DNA of 64,000 bases from Stegostoma tigrinum (lineage: Eukaryota), in NCBI RefSeq assembly GCF_030684315.1, contig NC_081376.1:18333018-18397017 (forward strand), written 5' to 3'. The notes beneath the pieces are model-generated. The model searched no databases and was not told the DNA's origin. It saw nothing but the letters and a program-made list of their open reading frames with translations. A program made the position numbers and the translations under genes. Below, piece by piece: positions 39,466 to 52,900 of this stretch; the first letter of the stretch is position 1; the number at the start of each line of letters is the position of its first letter.

Positions 39466-40469
39466 ATCCGGTCCAGCTAGAGCAACCAATTTGCTAGTAT
39501 TTAAACCACAGCATAGACTCCCTGAAAATGCAGAATGCAATTTTATTTATGCAGTGTCTTGCCTGCCAGACCAGACTGAGGGGTTCTGAGGCAACTCTTG
39601 CCCCACCTCTCAAAGCCACTTTTACTGTGTTTGTTTCTTTGCTGTCCATCCCAAACATCCCTCAGAAACCCCAGGGAGGGAATCCAATGGTCACCCTGGA
39701 AATAACAATTGTTGTAATGTGCCACTATTGTAAGGATTTTGAGGGAGCAACCTGATCCTCAATGCAGCACACTATAGGAATTGTTAAAAAAATTCAGTGA
39801 ATACAAGAAAGTTGGTCCATCCTCATCTGACAAACGTTTAGATAGACTGGGGGTGTTTTCTCTTAAAAAAAAGAGAAGTCCAAGACTAGATATAATTGTG
39901 CATAAAGCATGAATCAAATACAAAAGCTGGTATTCATTTCAAGTTAAATGGGCAAAGGCGCACAGACTAGTCAAGTAAAGAAAAAGGCTCAAGCTGGGAT
40001 CAGGATGCATTCTGCTGAAAGAGTGAAGCTTCCACTGATTTAAAGCCGAGATGTGAAAGAACCTATCCTCAGGGAGAAGAGTGAGTGTTAGAAATTCTGT
40101 CAGGCTGCTAAAAGGTGAGAGAGCGAGAGAGAGATGAAGTGGATATGGAGGAATTTAAATACATGGATGAGACTTAAAATGGACCTGCTGCTGGGCAGGG
40201 AGCCATGTATATCAAGGAACACAGGTCAGATACAATTGATGTTGAAAGGAAACAAGAATGCCTCAATCCACAGCAAGCTAAACATTCCACATGAATGTAG
40301 AAATACAGGCAAGCCTAAATGAACCCCATCGTATCAGAACCATGAGTTACCCTATAGGCATGCTCCAGAAGAACCAACATTCTATTCTGGGTTTAGGGTG
40401 GCTGCTGACTTCAATCATCCTACATGTTACATTCTTATGAAGCTACACCTCAACTCCCATTTGTGTTTC

Positions 40470-41270
40470 ACAATGTTTTAATACTAGGTCCTTTGCTGTC
40501 TGCAGTATACGTCAATGATTTGGGTCAACATTCAAGAGGTATGATTAGGAAGTTTGCAGATGATAGAAAAAAAAGTGGCCAAGTGAAGAAGTAAACTGAA
40601 GCCTGTAGGAGGACACCAATGAACTGGTTAAGTGGATAGATAAGTGGGATTTAGAACTGAATCCTGAGGGGTGTACATTAATACCACTTGCAAAGGCAAA
40701 ACAAGTATAAGATTAGTAGGTTACTGAGAAGTAAAGAAGACCAGAGGAAATTCGGAGTACATATTCACAGATCCACAAAGATAACAGAACAAGTAGCTAA
40801 GGAAACAAACAAGGCACTTTCTTTGCTGAGGCCCAGAGCATATAGAAATGGGAGGTTATGCAAGAACAGTTTAAAAACACGTGAGGCCAGCTTTAAACTA
40901 CTGTGTAAAATTCTGTCCATCCCATGATAGAAAGGATAGGAATATGTCCAGAGGGGGAAGGTTCCCAAGCATGTTGCTGCAGATTGAACTTATCCTCTGA
41001 CAAACGTTTAGATAGACTTGGGGTGTTTTCTCTTAAAAAAGAGAAGTCCAAGACTAGATATAATTGTGCATAAAATTAGGAAGAGTCTAGATAGAGTGAT
41101 CAGAAAGGATCACTTTCCTTTGGCGGAGAGGTTATAGAATTAAAGGTAACTTGTTTAAGGATTAAAGAGGAGTGGAGTAAATCTAGGTGATGGTAGTCTG
41201 GAACTCTGTCTGAAGAGGGTGGAGAAGCAGAAGTCCCTCAACATATTTTAAACATACTTGCATTGCACTT
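40470..41270 (+). mobile_element. Very old CR1/L2-like RT fragment
   Basis: aagtttgcagatgat (KFADD) near 40550 and downstream CR1-like remnants. Confidence 0.55.
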
Positions 41271-44200
41271 ATATAGGACCTTCCACAAATGCAGAATGTT
41301 ACATAGTGCTTTACAGCCAATTAAATAATTGTGAAATGTAGTCACAGTTGTCAACGTAGAAATTTGTGTACAGTAAACTTCCACAAACTGTGTTGCTGAG
41401 ATGTCAAATACTTCAGAGCTATAAACCCAAGAGACGGTAGGCCAATTAAATTGGAAAGAACTGCTCAGCCAGCACAGAAATAGTCGTCAACTGGTCTCCT
41501 TATGTACTGTAGATGTTTATGCTTGGGCTTAAAAATCAGGCAATACTGCTAGGTTCTCATCGTGCAGGATGCCAGAAAGACCCTAACATTTCAACTCAAA
41601 GTCAATGGTGTCCGATTGTTGAAATGTTAAGCTGCTGTGATGCTTCAGTTGCATATGTTCTGTGATGGTAATACTAATAGTTGATTGCGGCTAGAGTGCA
41701 GAAGTTAACACTCTATGCTGAGTCAGTAAATAATGGGCTCAAATGCCATTGCAAGGACTTGAGCACATCTGGGTTCACATTCCAGACAAGTACGGAGAAA
41801 ATGTTGCACTGTCAGAAGTATCAAATTTCAGATAAAGCTTTAAAACCAGGAATCCATCTGCCTTGTAGATAGATGCAAGATGTCCCACAGCACCGAGAGT
41901 TCTCTCTGGTGCCTTTGGCATTTTCCCCTCGGGATTTTCAAAAATCCCTTGCCAGTAAATGAAGTACTTCTATTAAATATATAGCTATGGTTGTAATGTG
42001 GGAAATGCAGCAACCAATTCTCACATGGCAAGCTCCCACAAGCATCAGACTTATTTTTAATAATTTGATTGATGAATAAACATTGGCCAGTGTTGTCACT
42101 AGCATTTAAAGTACATTGTTCCAATCTTTGCGACCTCTTACAACCTTCCAAAGAGTGGGAAGTCCAATAAGATGATTCTGAGATATATTGGAACCTTTAG
42201 AACAGAGGATATGTCCTAATACATCCAAATGATAAAGAGACAAAGAACAAGGACAGTTCAAGCAAGAAAATTTCAATCTCGTCCTTACCAAGTTTTGATA
42301 TTTGCTTGTAAAGCTGCTTTAACGTAGAAACAAACGCAAGAAAGTGGGGAGGAGAATGTAAAATATTTATTAAAGGGATAGAAGAATGAACATGATAGGT
42401 GATAATGACTAACAGCTTGTTTGGAGTGATGGGGTTCAAGATGATTTACAAAAAGGTGGGAATTTCGATAGATTAGGACCGAAGCAGCAAAAGATTGGAC
42501 CAATGATGGCGTGACGAGTAGGCTACCCAGCATACCACACACAGTGGAGGATTAAGGGTCTCAGGAGCCTGTAAAGAACTGGAAGATGATATTGTAGAGG
42601 CATTTGAATACATAACAAGACGCTTATACATTGAGGGTCTAGGAGAAAATAAGGCCAGTGTTAGTCAGGGGAAAGGAGATAATCAAACAGGACTTGCTGA
42701 CAGACATTTGAAGGTTTATATCAGATGAACAATATTGAGAAAAGCAATAACAAGCTTTCGTTTTATGGAAAGTAAGAGTATATTGGTATGGAAGGGGCAG
42801 GTGTGCCTTGCATTCCATGTTGGGGAACTAAGGATTACAGCTGTTCGTACGGGGCCAGAAGAGATTTGATCAAGATTGAAATAAATGAGTCAGACAGCAT
42901 TAGAGGAGAGAAATGGAGTTTGAGTTTCAGTTGATTACCATTCATCAAGTACAATGGAAGGCCATCAACTCAAAATGTTAACTCTATTTCACTGCACAGA
43001 TGTTGCGAGACCTGCTGAGTATTTTCAGAATTTGCTTTTATTTCAGATTTCTGGCATCCACAGTATTTTACTTTTATATCAGAATAGGATGTGCTGAAGT
43101 CACAAAGTAATTTGAAGACATGGCAGAGGATGTGCAATGAAGAAATGCCTCTTGTCTCATCAAATCCATCAGATAATGGAAAGATCCAGGTGAAGAAAAC
43201 TTGTCCGCCTGGAAAAACTTAATAATCCTATTATAATATTTAATGTTTTCATGGTTTCTGCTTTCTCTTGCATTCAACTTCCTTGAGTAGTGAACAATAG
43301 GATCAATTATTCACAGTGAATCCATGTTAAGTGCTATAAAACTAACAGCACCCAAAAACACTGCAGATGCTGGAAATCTGAAATATAAACAAAGTGGTGG
43401 GGATATAAACTAGCAGATCTGGACTGTGTTGAGAGAAAGAGAGTTAACTTTTCCACATCTTGAATGACTTTTTCAGTATGCCAAGTGCTGCAAGTATCAG
43501 ACTTAAATTAACAGTCAATTACAGTAATGAACTGTATCGGCTGAGGAGAGATTTTCCTATTAATACTGATTCAGCCAAATAATAATGCTCAACGATTTAA
43601 AGATTGAAATAAAATGATGTTATTATGTTCTCCATTAATCTTTCACTGTCACGTTGAATCTACAACAGAGAAACTGGCCATTTGGCCAAAGACTCCAGAC
43701 AAGTCACTCACACTCCCTTTTCAGCAGAGCCTTTTATTCCTTTCCCCTTTGTGCCTTTTTCTAGCTTCACTTTTGCTGCAACTATTCTGTATAGTAGTAT
43801 GTTCCAAATTCTTTCAGGTTTCCTCCGACTTCATCTTATATTGTACATAGGAACAAGAATAGGTGTTAACTGGCAAATAACAACAAAAACAGGGAAGGGC
43901 TAAACTTTGACCCTAATCATTACTAAGGTTTGTAACCTAGAGACATGGACACAATAACATTTAACATCTCACAGGCAAAAGACACCACCTGATGCCTGCA
44001 TGTGTATGTAAACGGTCAGAATATTAAAGGCTAATACTTCTCATTAAACAGATCTCTTCTTTAATAACATTTGTAAAGAAATACATGAAAATCCTTCTGA
44101 CAGATTCACAATACTGGTGCAATTAGACACCAAACCACATAATTCATCAACCCACACACCCACAACATTCTCCTAAAGTGGCATAGCTGAGCAATGAGTC

Positions 44201-45280
44201 ATTGTTTACAGCACAGTAACTGCACAAAGTCAGAAGTCCAACTGTAGACATAGAACATATATTCACCCAGCATATATTTAAATGTATCAAAAAACTATGC
44301 ATTGGCACTAATCACGACTCAGATACGGGTGTATTATAAACTCAGCCATTTCTAGAGTTACTGACTATGCTGATAGAATTGAGATTGCAGAAAGCACCAG
44401 AACAAAGTGATGAGTCATCATGTTTACCAAGGATTTAGCTTACTCAGATACTGCATGTATGCTGGATTAGAGTCAGACCACAAATATGCATTACCAACAG
44501 CAGAAAGCAAATAAATTGAAAGTTGACCACTGTTAACATTGTACATTATTGCATTTTGTTTTTGACTTTGAAGGGGTTTAGATGCAAAATGCAGATAAAT
44601 GATAGATCAGTTTAGAGCTATAGAGCCATACAGTACGAAAACAGACACTTTGGTGAAACCATTCATGAAACCATTATCCCAAAATAAACTAGTTCCACCT
44701 GCCTGCACTTGGCCCGTATCCCTCCAAACCTTTTTTTATTCATGCACTTATCTAAATCTCTTTTAAACGGTACCCATACATATAAACGTCTGTAGATATT
44801 TCAGGTTATTTAACTAATAGGCTTGGATAAGCTGCCCTCCATGAACTTAGTTCCTTCTAGATCTGGAATGTGATTTGTTCCTGCTCAGAGAATGACAAGT
44901 GCAAAGAACAGACCAATCAGAAAGTCAGGACTCACAATACATTCTTGAATATAGGCCATAATCAGAAGCCACAAATATAAAAAGTCTGAAATTGATGATA
45001 ATTTTCTTTTACACAGTATCATAGAATCCAACATTCTTGTCCAATACCCAGTTTCTCTCCTCATGCCAGTCTCTTTCACAGTATCCCGAACACTGGGGTC
45101 ACTTTCAGCGTTCAGTCGCCTAATACCATCTTTCTCTCAGAATATTCATTCTCTGTCCTGAAACCTGCTCCCTTACGGTTTCTGCCAAAGTCTCCCAATG
45201 CCTATTTTCTTTCCCAGTGCTCACTCTCTCCCGTTGCTCACACCTAGTGCCCTTGTTCTGTGCCTATGCTTTATTTATAA

Positions 45281-45520
45281 GGGTGGCTCAGTGGTTAGCA
45301 CTCCTGCCTCGTCGTGGTAAGGACCCAGGTGCAAATCTACCCTCTAACCACCTTCTACTTGTGTCTGGGTGGGTTTCCTCTGGGTGCTCAAGTTTCCTCC
45401 CACAGTCACAAAAGATGTGTAGGTTAGGCCATTGGTTGGATAAGGTAAGCTGCTCTTTGGAGGATCAGTGTGGACTCAATGGGCCAAGTGACCTGCTTTC
45501 CACTCTGTTGGAATCTAATG
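45281..45520 (+). mobile_element. Degenerate HE1/V-SINE
   Basis: gtggctcagtggttagcact...gggtttcctctgggtgctc..tttcctcccacagtc. Confidence 0.75.
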
Positions 45521-45979
45521 ATATCCCAGTCTTTCAATGCCTGTTCATTGGACCTTGTGCTGTCTGTTTCAGAACCTCTCTCTGAGTCATACGTTCTCTG
45601 TCTCTCTCCCTGTTCCCCCCAGAGCTCTCACACTCTCTCTTCCTAGTGCCAGTGCTTTCTGTCTGGGTCTATTTCTCTTTCCCAGTGCCCATTATACACT
45701 CACTCTATCTTTCTCTCTCTCCCAGTGCCTATGCTGTATTATCCTTCTCACTCTCTCCGTATTTCTCCCGGTGTCCAGTCTCTCTTGTGCTCACCCTCCC
45801 CGTACTCCCTATCGCTTTGTCTCTGCCTTTTGACTATTTTCCCACGGCCTATCCTCAGCCAGTGCCCACCATCTTCCAGTATCCATGCTATTTCGCAGTA
45901 TTTCAATGCCCGCAGTCTCTCCCAGTTACTGATTATGAATAATTGATTACAGCAGGACAAACACGTAGATGAAGAAGCA

Positions 45980-46170
45980 GGCCCCTCGCCGGCCGGCAGT
46001 CCGCGCCCCTACCTGTTGGGAACGCGCTGTCTCTCCTTCTCTCGGTGCGGTCCCTCACTCACTCACAGAAGCCAGTTCCGGGAGCGCTGACGTCACCCGC
46101 TGTTTGCCCATGTGACTTCATTCATGAACATTCCGGCAACGTCACAGGGACCTCAGGTGGCGGGAAAACG
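45980..46170. promoter_or_regulatory. Small CpG-rich promoter / probable non-coding exon 1 of the Maf gene (possibly bidirectional)
   Basis: About 17 CpGs in 190 bp against a CpG-poor background. Perfect CRE TGACGTCA at 46088-46095, E2F site GGCGGGAAA at 46159-46167, ETS cores TTCCGG at 46076 and 46131. Minus-strand donors CAG|GTAGG at 46012 and GTGAGT at 46066/46062. An abrupt AT-rich flank starts near 46190. Confidence 0.7.
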
Positions 46171-47094
46171 AAAATAATCCCCAAAGGAAAGAAATACTGA
46201 ATATAAAGTTCATATCAAATACTTAATTTAAGTTATATAATTATTACTCAGTCCAAATGCTAAAATACTACGTTTAAAATATAGAATATAAAAATGTATG
46301 AGCAATATAAATCTATTACATAAAATTTTTAAGTAATTGATATGTGAAGCTGAGTATAACTTATATGCAGGCTGCTAGGTGAAACACAGTATTGAATATA
46401 AGTTATATACAGTGTGCCATATGTAAATTCTTTATTCAATTCTGAATATAAATGAGTCTTTCACATAAAATTGGAAAAATTGTGTGCAGAAAATCAAAGA
46501 TGTTAACCTAGATTCTTTGTACAGCAGGCAGAAGGTAGAATTCTCTGGCACAAAGCAAATTTGAAGCAAATTTCGTAAATTATTTTGGAAGAATGAGTTC
46601 ATTGAAGAGAAATGCTAAAGGCTACCACAAATGTATAGTGGAGTGGCGTCAGACTGGATGGGTCATGTGGTAGGTGAAGATAAACACCAGATCTGAAGCC
46701 GTGCTATAAGTTGTATAAGTTTTTTGGATACTTAAACAGTGATGGTATCTTTAAATGAATGAATGGTAAATCCATCTTCTCTAGCTACTTTAAGGGTGGC
46801 CACTCGATTCAAGTCACAGCTGACATTAAACTTCATGGGAAGTTTAGTCAACCCTCTGATGTAATGTATAAGGAAGATGGGTGGTACATAAAAGGGCATA
46901 AGAAGTAGTCAAATTGGCACTTAAACCCCCATGGTTCACTGACATCCTTCACTTACCATGCTCATTGGGCCTAATTGAAGATATTACTGCAGTCACCAAC
47001 AGAGCTGATTTTTTTAAACGATCAGAAACCTATATATTTCCGACTCAGAGGTGTTAGTGTTACAACCAAACAACAATGATTGTTTAACAAAAAG

Positions 47095-48625
47095 TGTCCT
47101 CTTTGTAGGTTACGTGGAACAATCCCTCTTCCGTACCTACACTGGCCCTAAACCCCACCTCTTCCTCCGTTACATTGATGACTGTATCGGTGCCACCTCC
47201 TGCTCCCAAGAGGAGCTTGAACAGTTCATCCACTTCAAAAACACCTTCCACCCCAATCTCAAGTTCACCTGGATCATCTCTAACACATCCCTCACCTTCC
47301 TGGACCTCTCTGTCTCCATCTCAGGCAATCATCTAGAAACTGACATCCATTTCAAGCCCACAGCTACCCAGAATACACCTCCTCCCACCCACACTCCTGC
47401 AAAAATTCCATCCCCTATTCCCAATTCCTTCGCCTCCACCGCATCTGCTCCCAGGATGAGGCATTCCACTCCCACACATCCCAGATGTCCGACTTCTTCA
47501 AGGACCGCAACACCCCCCCAAGTGGTCAAGAATGCCCTCGACTGTGTTTCCCGCAACTCGTCCCTCACAGCCCGTACCCGCCATAACCGCGAAAAGAGAA
47601 TCCCCTTTGTCCTCACATACCACCCCACCAACCTCCGGATCCAACTCGTCATCCTCCGACACTTCTGCCATCTACAATCCGACCCCACCACCAAAGATAC
47701 TTTTCTATCCCCACCCTTGTCTGCTTTCCAGAGAGACCACTCTCTCCGGGACTGCCCTGTCCGCTGCACACTCCCCTTCAAGCCCACCACACCCAGCACT
47801 TTCCCCTGCCACTGCAGGAAGTGCTACACTTGCCCCTACACCTTCCCCTCACCCATATCCTAGGGCCCAAGAAGACTTTACACAACGAGCAGATGTTCAC
47901 CTGCACATCTTCCAGTGTGGTATACTGTATCCACTGCACCCGGTGTGGCTACCTCTAAATCGGGGAAACCAAGCGGAGGCTTGGGATCATTTTGCAGAAC
48001 ACCTACGCTTGGTTCACAATAAACAACTGCACCTCCCAGTCACGAACCATTTCAACTCCCCCTCCCATTCCTTAGACGACATGTCCATCCTGGGCCTCCT
48101 GCCGTGCCATGATGATGCACCCGAAGGTTGCAGGAACAGCAACTCATATTCCGCTTGGGAACCCAGAAGCCCAATGGTATCAATGTGGACTTCACAAGCT
48201 TCAAAATCTCCCCTCCCCCCACTGCATCCCAAAACCAGCCCAGCCCGTCCTCGCCTCCCTAACCTGTTCTTCCTCTCACCTATCCCCTCCTCCGACTTCA
48301 AGCTGCACCTCCATTTCCTACCTACTAACATCATCCGGCCCCCTTGACCTGTCCATCCTCCCCAGACTGACCTATCCCCTCCCTACCTCCCCACCTAAAC
48401 TAACTTCTACAGGCTCCATCCCCGCCCCTTTAACTTGTCTGTCTCCTCTCCACCTATCTTCTCCTCTATCCATCTTCGATCCGCCTCCCCCTCTCTCACT
48501 ATTTATTTTAAAACCCTTCTCCCCATCCTCCTTTTCTGATGAAGGGTCTAGGCCCAAAACGTCAGCTTTTGTGCTCCTCTGATGCTGCTTGGCCTGCTGT
48601 GTTCATCCAGCTCTACACCTTGTTA
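47095..48625 (+). mobile_element. Penelope-like element fragment with RT C-terminus, thumb, GIY-YIG and pLTR (frameshifted)
   Basis: FLRYIDDC RT motif, HPNLKFT, LTFLDLSV, RIPFVLTYHP, then the same 3' end as the other copies. The hammerhead GAAA is mutated to AAAA. Confidence 0.9.
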
Positions 48626-49190
48626 ACCCGTACAGGCACATTTTCCATTATGGAGTCAGTTAACACTGATCAGGAGAATGCCTGTCCACCAGCTATAAAG
48701 AACATAACAGGATTGTGATGAAATAAAAACCAATAGTCAGATTGGTGCAGCTGTGATAACACTCAAATAGCTCACCACCACAAAGGCAGAACAACCCACT
48801 TGATTAGCACCTCAGCCACCACCGTAAGTGTTCATTCTCTTCACTACTGAGACACAGTGGTAGCAGAATATACCATCTACAAGAAGCACTGTAGTTACTG
48901 ATGAGATTCGAAAAGGCTGGTTTCCCAGAGTAAGAAACAGTTCACTACTGTGCTGTCTGGAAGATTGTAAATGACACAGAACACATAAAGATTAGAGCCT
49001 AGACTACACTGGATACACACAATAAACGAAATGTGGACTGAAAAAGCAAGCACAATGTAATCTTACAACCAGTTTACAACCAGGATTATGAAATAGGTGA
49101 AGAATGAAAGCTAGAGAAATCTTACTGAGCTCTGTCCCCAAAAGCCCATCCACCCATGACATCATGATCTCCATCACAGAGAGTAAGCAG

Positions 49191-49975
49191 TGTTGTGAAG
49201 TTGGGTAGAGTACTTGTGGATCAGGAAGCAGGAAGTTAGAATTTCGTGTTTGTAAAATGCTAATGGTGGTGGGAAAGCATTGTGTGGTCCCTTTAAAAGA
49301 TGATCTGCAATTTGAACCAGGCACTTACATACCAAAAACCAATCAAATTTAAATCTAATGGTTTTGATAACATAGGACCAATCCTATTGTAAAAAATATT
49401 GATATGTCATCAAGGGTATAAAAAGAAGGGGGCAATTGGACAAAGTAGCAGAGCTAACTGCCAGAGTTAATAGTTATCAGCTCTCAACAGAGTCTCTCAC
49501 AGACTCTTCTAGATAATAGAGAAAGCACATCTAAATAACAAAGGTACTTACAGCACAACTTGTGAATATTCTTGACCAAAGAATTTACGGAGAAGGCATA
49601 GAGCATTCCAGAAGAAATGTAACCTGGCTGTAATTTTGAGAGATTAAATTCTGTTATTTTTAATATAAAAAGAACATGTATTTATTGGGAGAGCGTACGA
49701 TTAGAATCTTGTTTCATTTGGGAATAGTTAAGTCGTGAAAGGGAGTTTATTCAGTTTGTTAATAGTTTAGTTAATTTGTTTATTGTTAAATAAACAAATA
49801 AATTATTACTTGTTGATGGTAAAGTGACTGTCAGGGATTTATTTTATTTAACCAGTAGAAGTTGTGGAAAGGCAGGTTACACTGCTTTTGACATTCCTTT
49901 TACAGATTATACAGCAAGGCACCTCTTTGAGGGTTTTAGTTCTCAGAGCAGGGAGTAAACCTACATTTTATAACA
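49191..49975 (+). mobile_element. Solo LTR (785 bp)
   Basis: TGTTGTGAA...TTTATAACA termini (TG..CA, imperfect inverted repeat), 4-bp flanks gcag/ggag, two CCAAT boxes, TATAAAA at 49417-49423 and AATAAA at 49789-49794. Confidence 0.7.
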
Positions 49976-52900
49976 GGAGGCAGGTCTTGAATCCAGCAGA
50001 ACAGGGATTGAACCCTGTGCTATTAACGCCAGCCTGATCCTCTCCAACCAACTGAGCCAACAAGTCTCCCAAGGAGTTCAAGTTGCTGTGGTAGCATATA
50101 CTTTTACATGCACATCGTATCCTGGAGCTATGGACAGTGATGGTAGAAGCTTCAATTTTATTTCATCACGTGAATATCACCTTCGCATACTGCCTATCAT
50201 TGGCATATGTTGAAAGGATTTATTGGCTGTGTTATGAATACACTATTCCTAGCTTTCAAATGCTGGAGTGGTATTTGGACCTGTAGCCTCAGTCTGAAAT
50301 GTATTACTGTGTACCACAAGACTTTTCACAACCTTAAGATATTGCAAAATGCTGTACATCTAAGCAAGTCCTTTTCAAGGAACAAAATCAGAAATTGCTA
50401 ATTTGGGTCCTGTGACCCTTCTTCAGAACTCAATTCTATATATGGCTATACTCATCACACATTTGACCAATAGTTTGGAAATGCCTCATTTAGTGATGAA
50501 ATCACTTGCTCAAAATAGTAAATCGTAAAAGCTGTGCAAACCAACATTTTATGAGATCTAGGTGTCATCAGAGCCTGCCCTTAGACCTAATTCTGTCCTT
50601 CCTCCAGTGCTGTCCCAGTCTTCCCCCACCGATGGGCCTGCCTGTATTCTATAAAGGAATATTTATCACAAGATTTCTCATTTACATTAAGCTTTTGATT
50701 GGGATCATTTATGGCATGAATTGTCTGAATCACAAAAAGACAATATAATAATAAAAATTAAATACACATATTAAAGCAACAAAATCAGGTTTATGTCGAA
50801 TGGTAGCTGGAAAATTAATTCTGAGTTCAATTCAGAGGTGAAATTATGGACTTAAATTTGGCATATAAATTCAAGTTGCATAAATAAATGAAAATTAAAT
50901 TGGTACCTTTGAAACTTGTAGACATAATCTGTAGATAATATCTATTTTCAATAAACATAGAGAAAAGGTACCACAGAAAGCACAGTTTCAAAATTAAAAC
51001 AACATGAGTTGTTCGGCATTGAAGAGGGACACCCATCCCAGACTTGGTCTCATGGTCCTAGCATTATTTAAGTTTATTCTGAACAATCAATTACCCTGAA
51101 TATAGGATACATTGCAATCAGTTTACCTGGAATAAATTCTTACAAATAGCACATAGTCTGTTTTCAGTGCTGGCCGATGGACAAGCACATGCCAGGTCAA
51201 GGGGAGAAATCTTTGCTCTTTTTTGAACTACTATCATGGGAGTTTATTTTATGCCCATCTAAGACGGACAATGGAGTATAAACCAAAACTATTGAAACAC
51301 TCAGGGTCTGGCAGCACCTGTGGAGCAAGAAAAAAAATTAACGTTTCAAAACTTGTTTTTTTTTGTTTGTTTCTGTTTTTGTTTCAGATTTCCAGTATTT
51401 TGCTTTTGTGATGCAGCCTTGGTTTAACATTGCACCCAAAGGCAGCACCTACAGACCATCAATACTACATTTGAGTGTCAACCATGCTTTTGTGCTCAGA
51501 TCTCTGGAGTGGATGTGTTCCTCCGTCTTGGAGTTGAGGAAGGGATATGGCAGGAAGGTCTTTGAGACCAATCAGTAGGCTTGTTTGAACTAATTACTGT
51601 TCATAAAAATTCCTATGTCATTGTGCATCATTTTACTCCATTGCAACTCAAAGGCATGTACTATAATCAAGGTAAGTGGCATAGTATTTATTGGACTGAA
51701 ACACTACTTGTCGTAAATAGAAGTAACAAAGCAACAGATTTACCAATTACAATGTACTTCTCGCCTGAGTAATTGAGACATATAGCGCAGGAAGGTGAGA
51801 GACGCTAGTCTGACTCTGTGCAGTGTTAATCAGTCTTGGTGATAACACTGGTGAGAGGGTGGTTGGTGCACTTGTTAGTCAGAGGGAAGAAATTAGATTC
51901 TTTCTTTTGATCAATTTCCACCAATCCCTTTTGGATAGATGTTTATGTGAAGATTGGGTGAAAACAACGATAAGATTTAACAGAAAATCCTTTTGCTGTC
52001 CCTCTGTTAGTGCAGTAAGATGGTTTGTCATGCTCTATATCAAGATTCATGTGTGATATGGATGAAAGTCACTTGGCTGAATCAAAATTTCACAGCACAC
52101 TGGAGTCCATTTGACCATTGTACATGTGCTGACTCTTTCAATCAGTTCTTCAGTCAGCACCATCTCTCCCTCTTCCTGTTTTCTCCCTACAATTCTTTAA
52201 TTATCTAAGTCACATTTGAAATATTTTCGTTGATTCTGCTTCAGCTATCCTCTTCAGACAGTGCATCCCAGATCATCACAGCATACAGTGTGAAAGAAAC
52301 TCATGTGTCCTCAGGCTTTTTAGCCAATCATCTTTGAATTGTGTCTTCTGTTGGTACCTCCCCCACCACATGAACAATTTCTCCTTATTTATTCTATCAA
52401 CATTTCTCAGGAGGTACGATGAGCTACTAAAAAGTACTTTGAGCATTAGGGAGAGGAGGAAAAGGTTCTTGGGTTCTAAATTCAGGATGTCTTATCCAGT
52501 CAGTGGTTTACTTTTGAAATGTAGTCATTGATGTACTGTGGAAAACGTGGCAGCCAACGTTTGCATAACAACTCCCACAAACATAATCTAATGATGATCA
52601 GATAATCTGTCTCTGTTGCTGATTGTATGGGAAAACTCCACTGCTTTTCTTCAAAATTTCCTATTTTTTATTTCTTACCATAAATAGAAGTAACAAAGCA
52701 ACACATTTACCATTGAGACATATAGAGCAGGAAGGTGAGAGATTCTGGTCTCATTCTGTGCAATGTCAATCAGTCTAGGTGATAGTGCTGGTGATAGAGG
52801 GTGAAATTTTTTTTAAATTTTACCAATTTTTCTAAATATCCTGTTCAGAGATGATTATCACACATCTCTGAAGCAGGTGGGACTTGAACTTGGGCCTCTT

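Noticed and set aside
47532-48347. 271-aa Pro/Ser-rich ORF and similar antisense ORFs over PLE and CR1 copies
   Set aside because: Alternative frames of C-rich transposon sequence.
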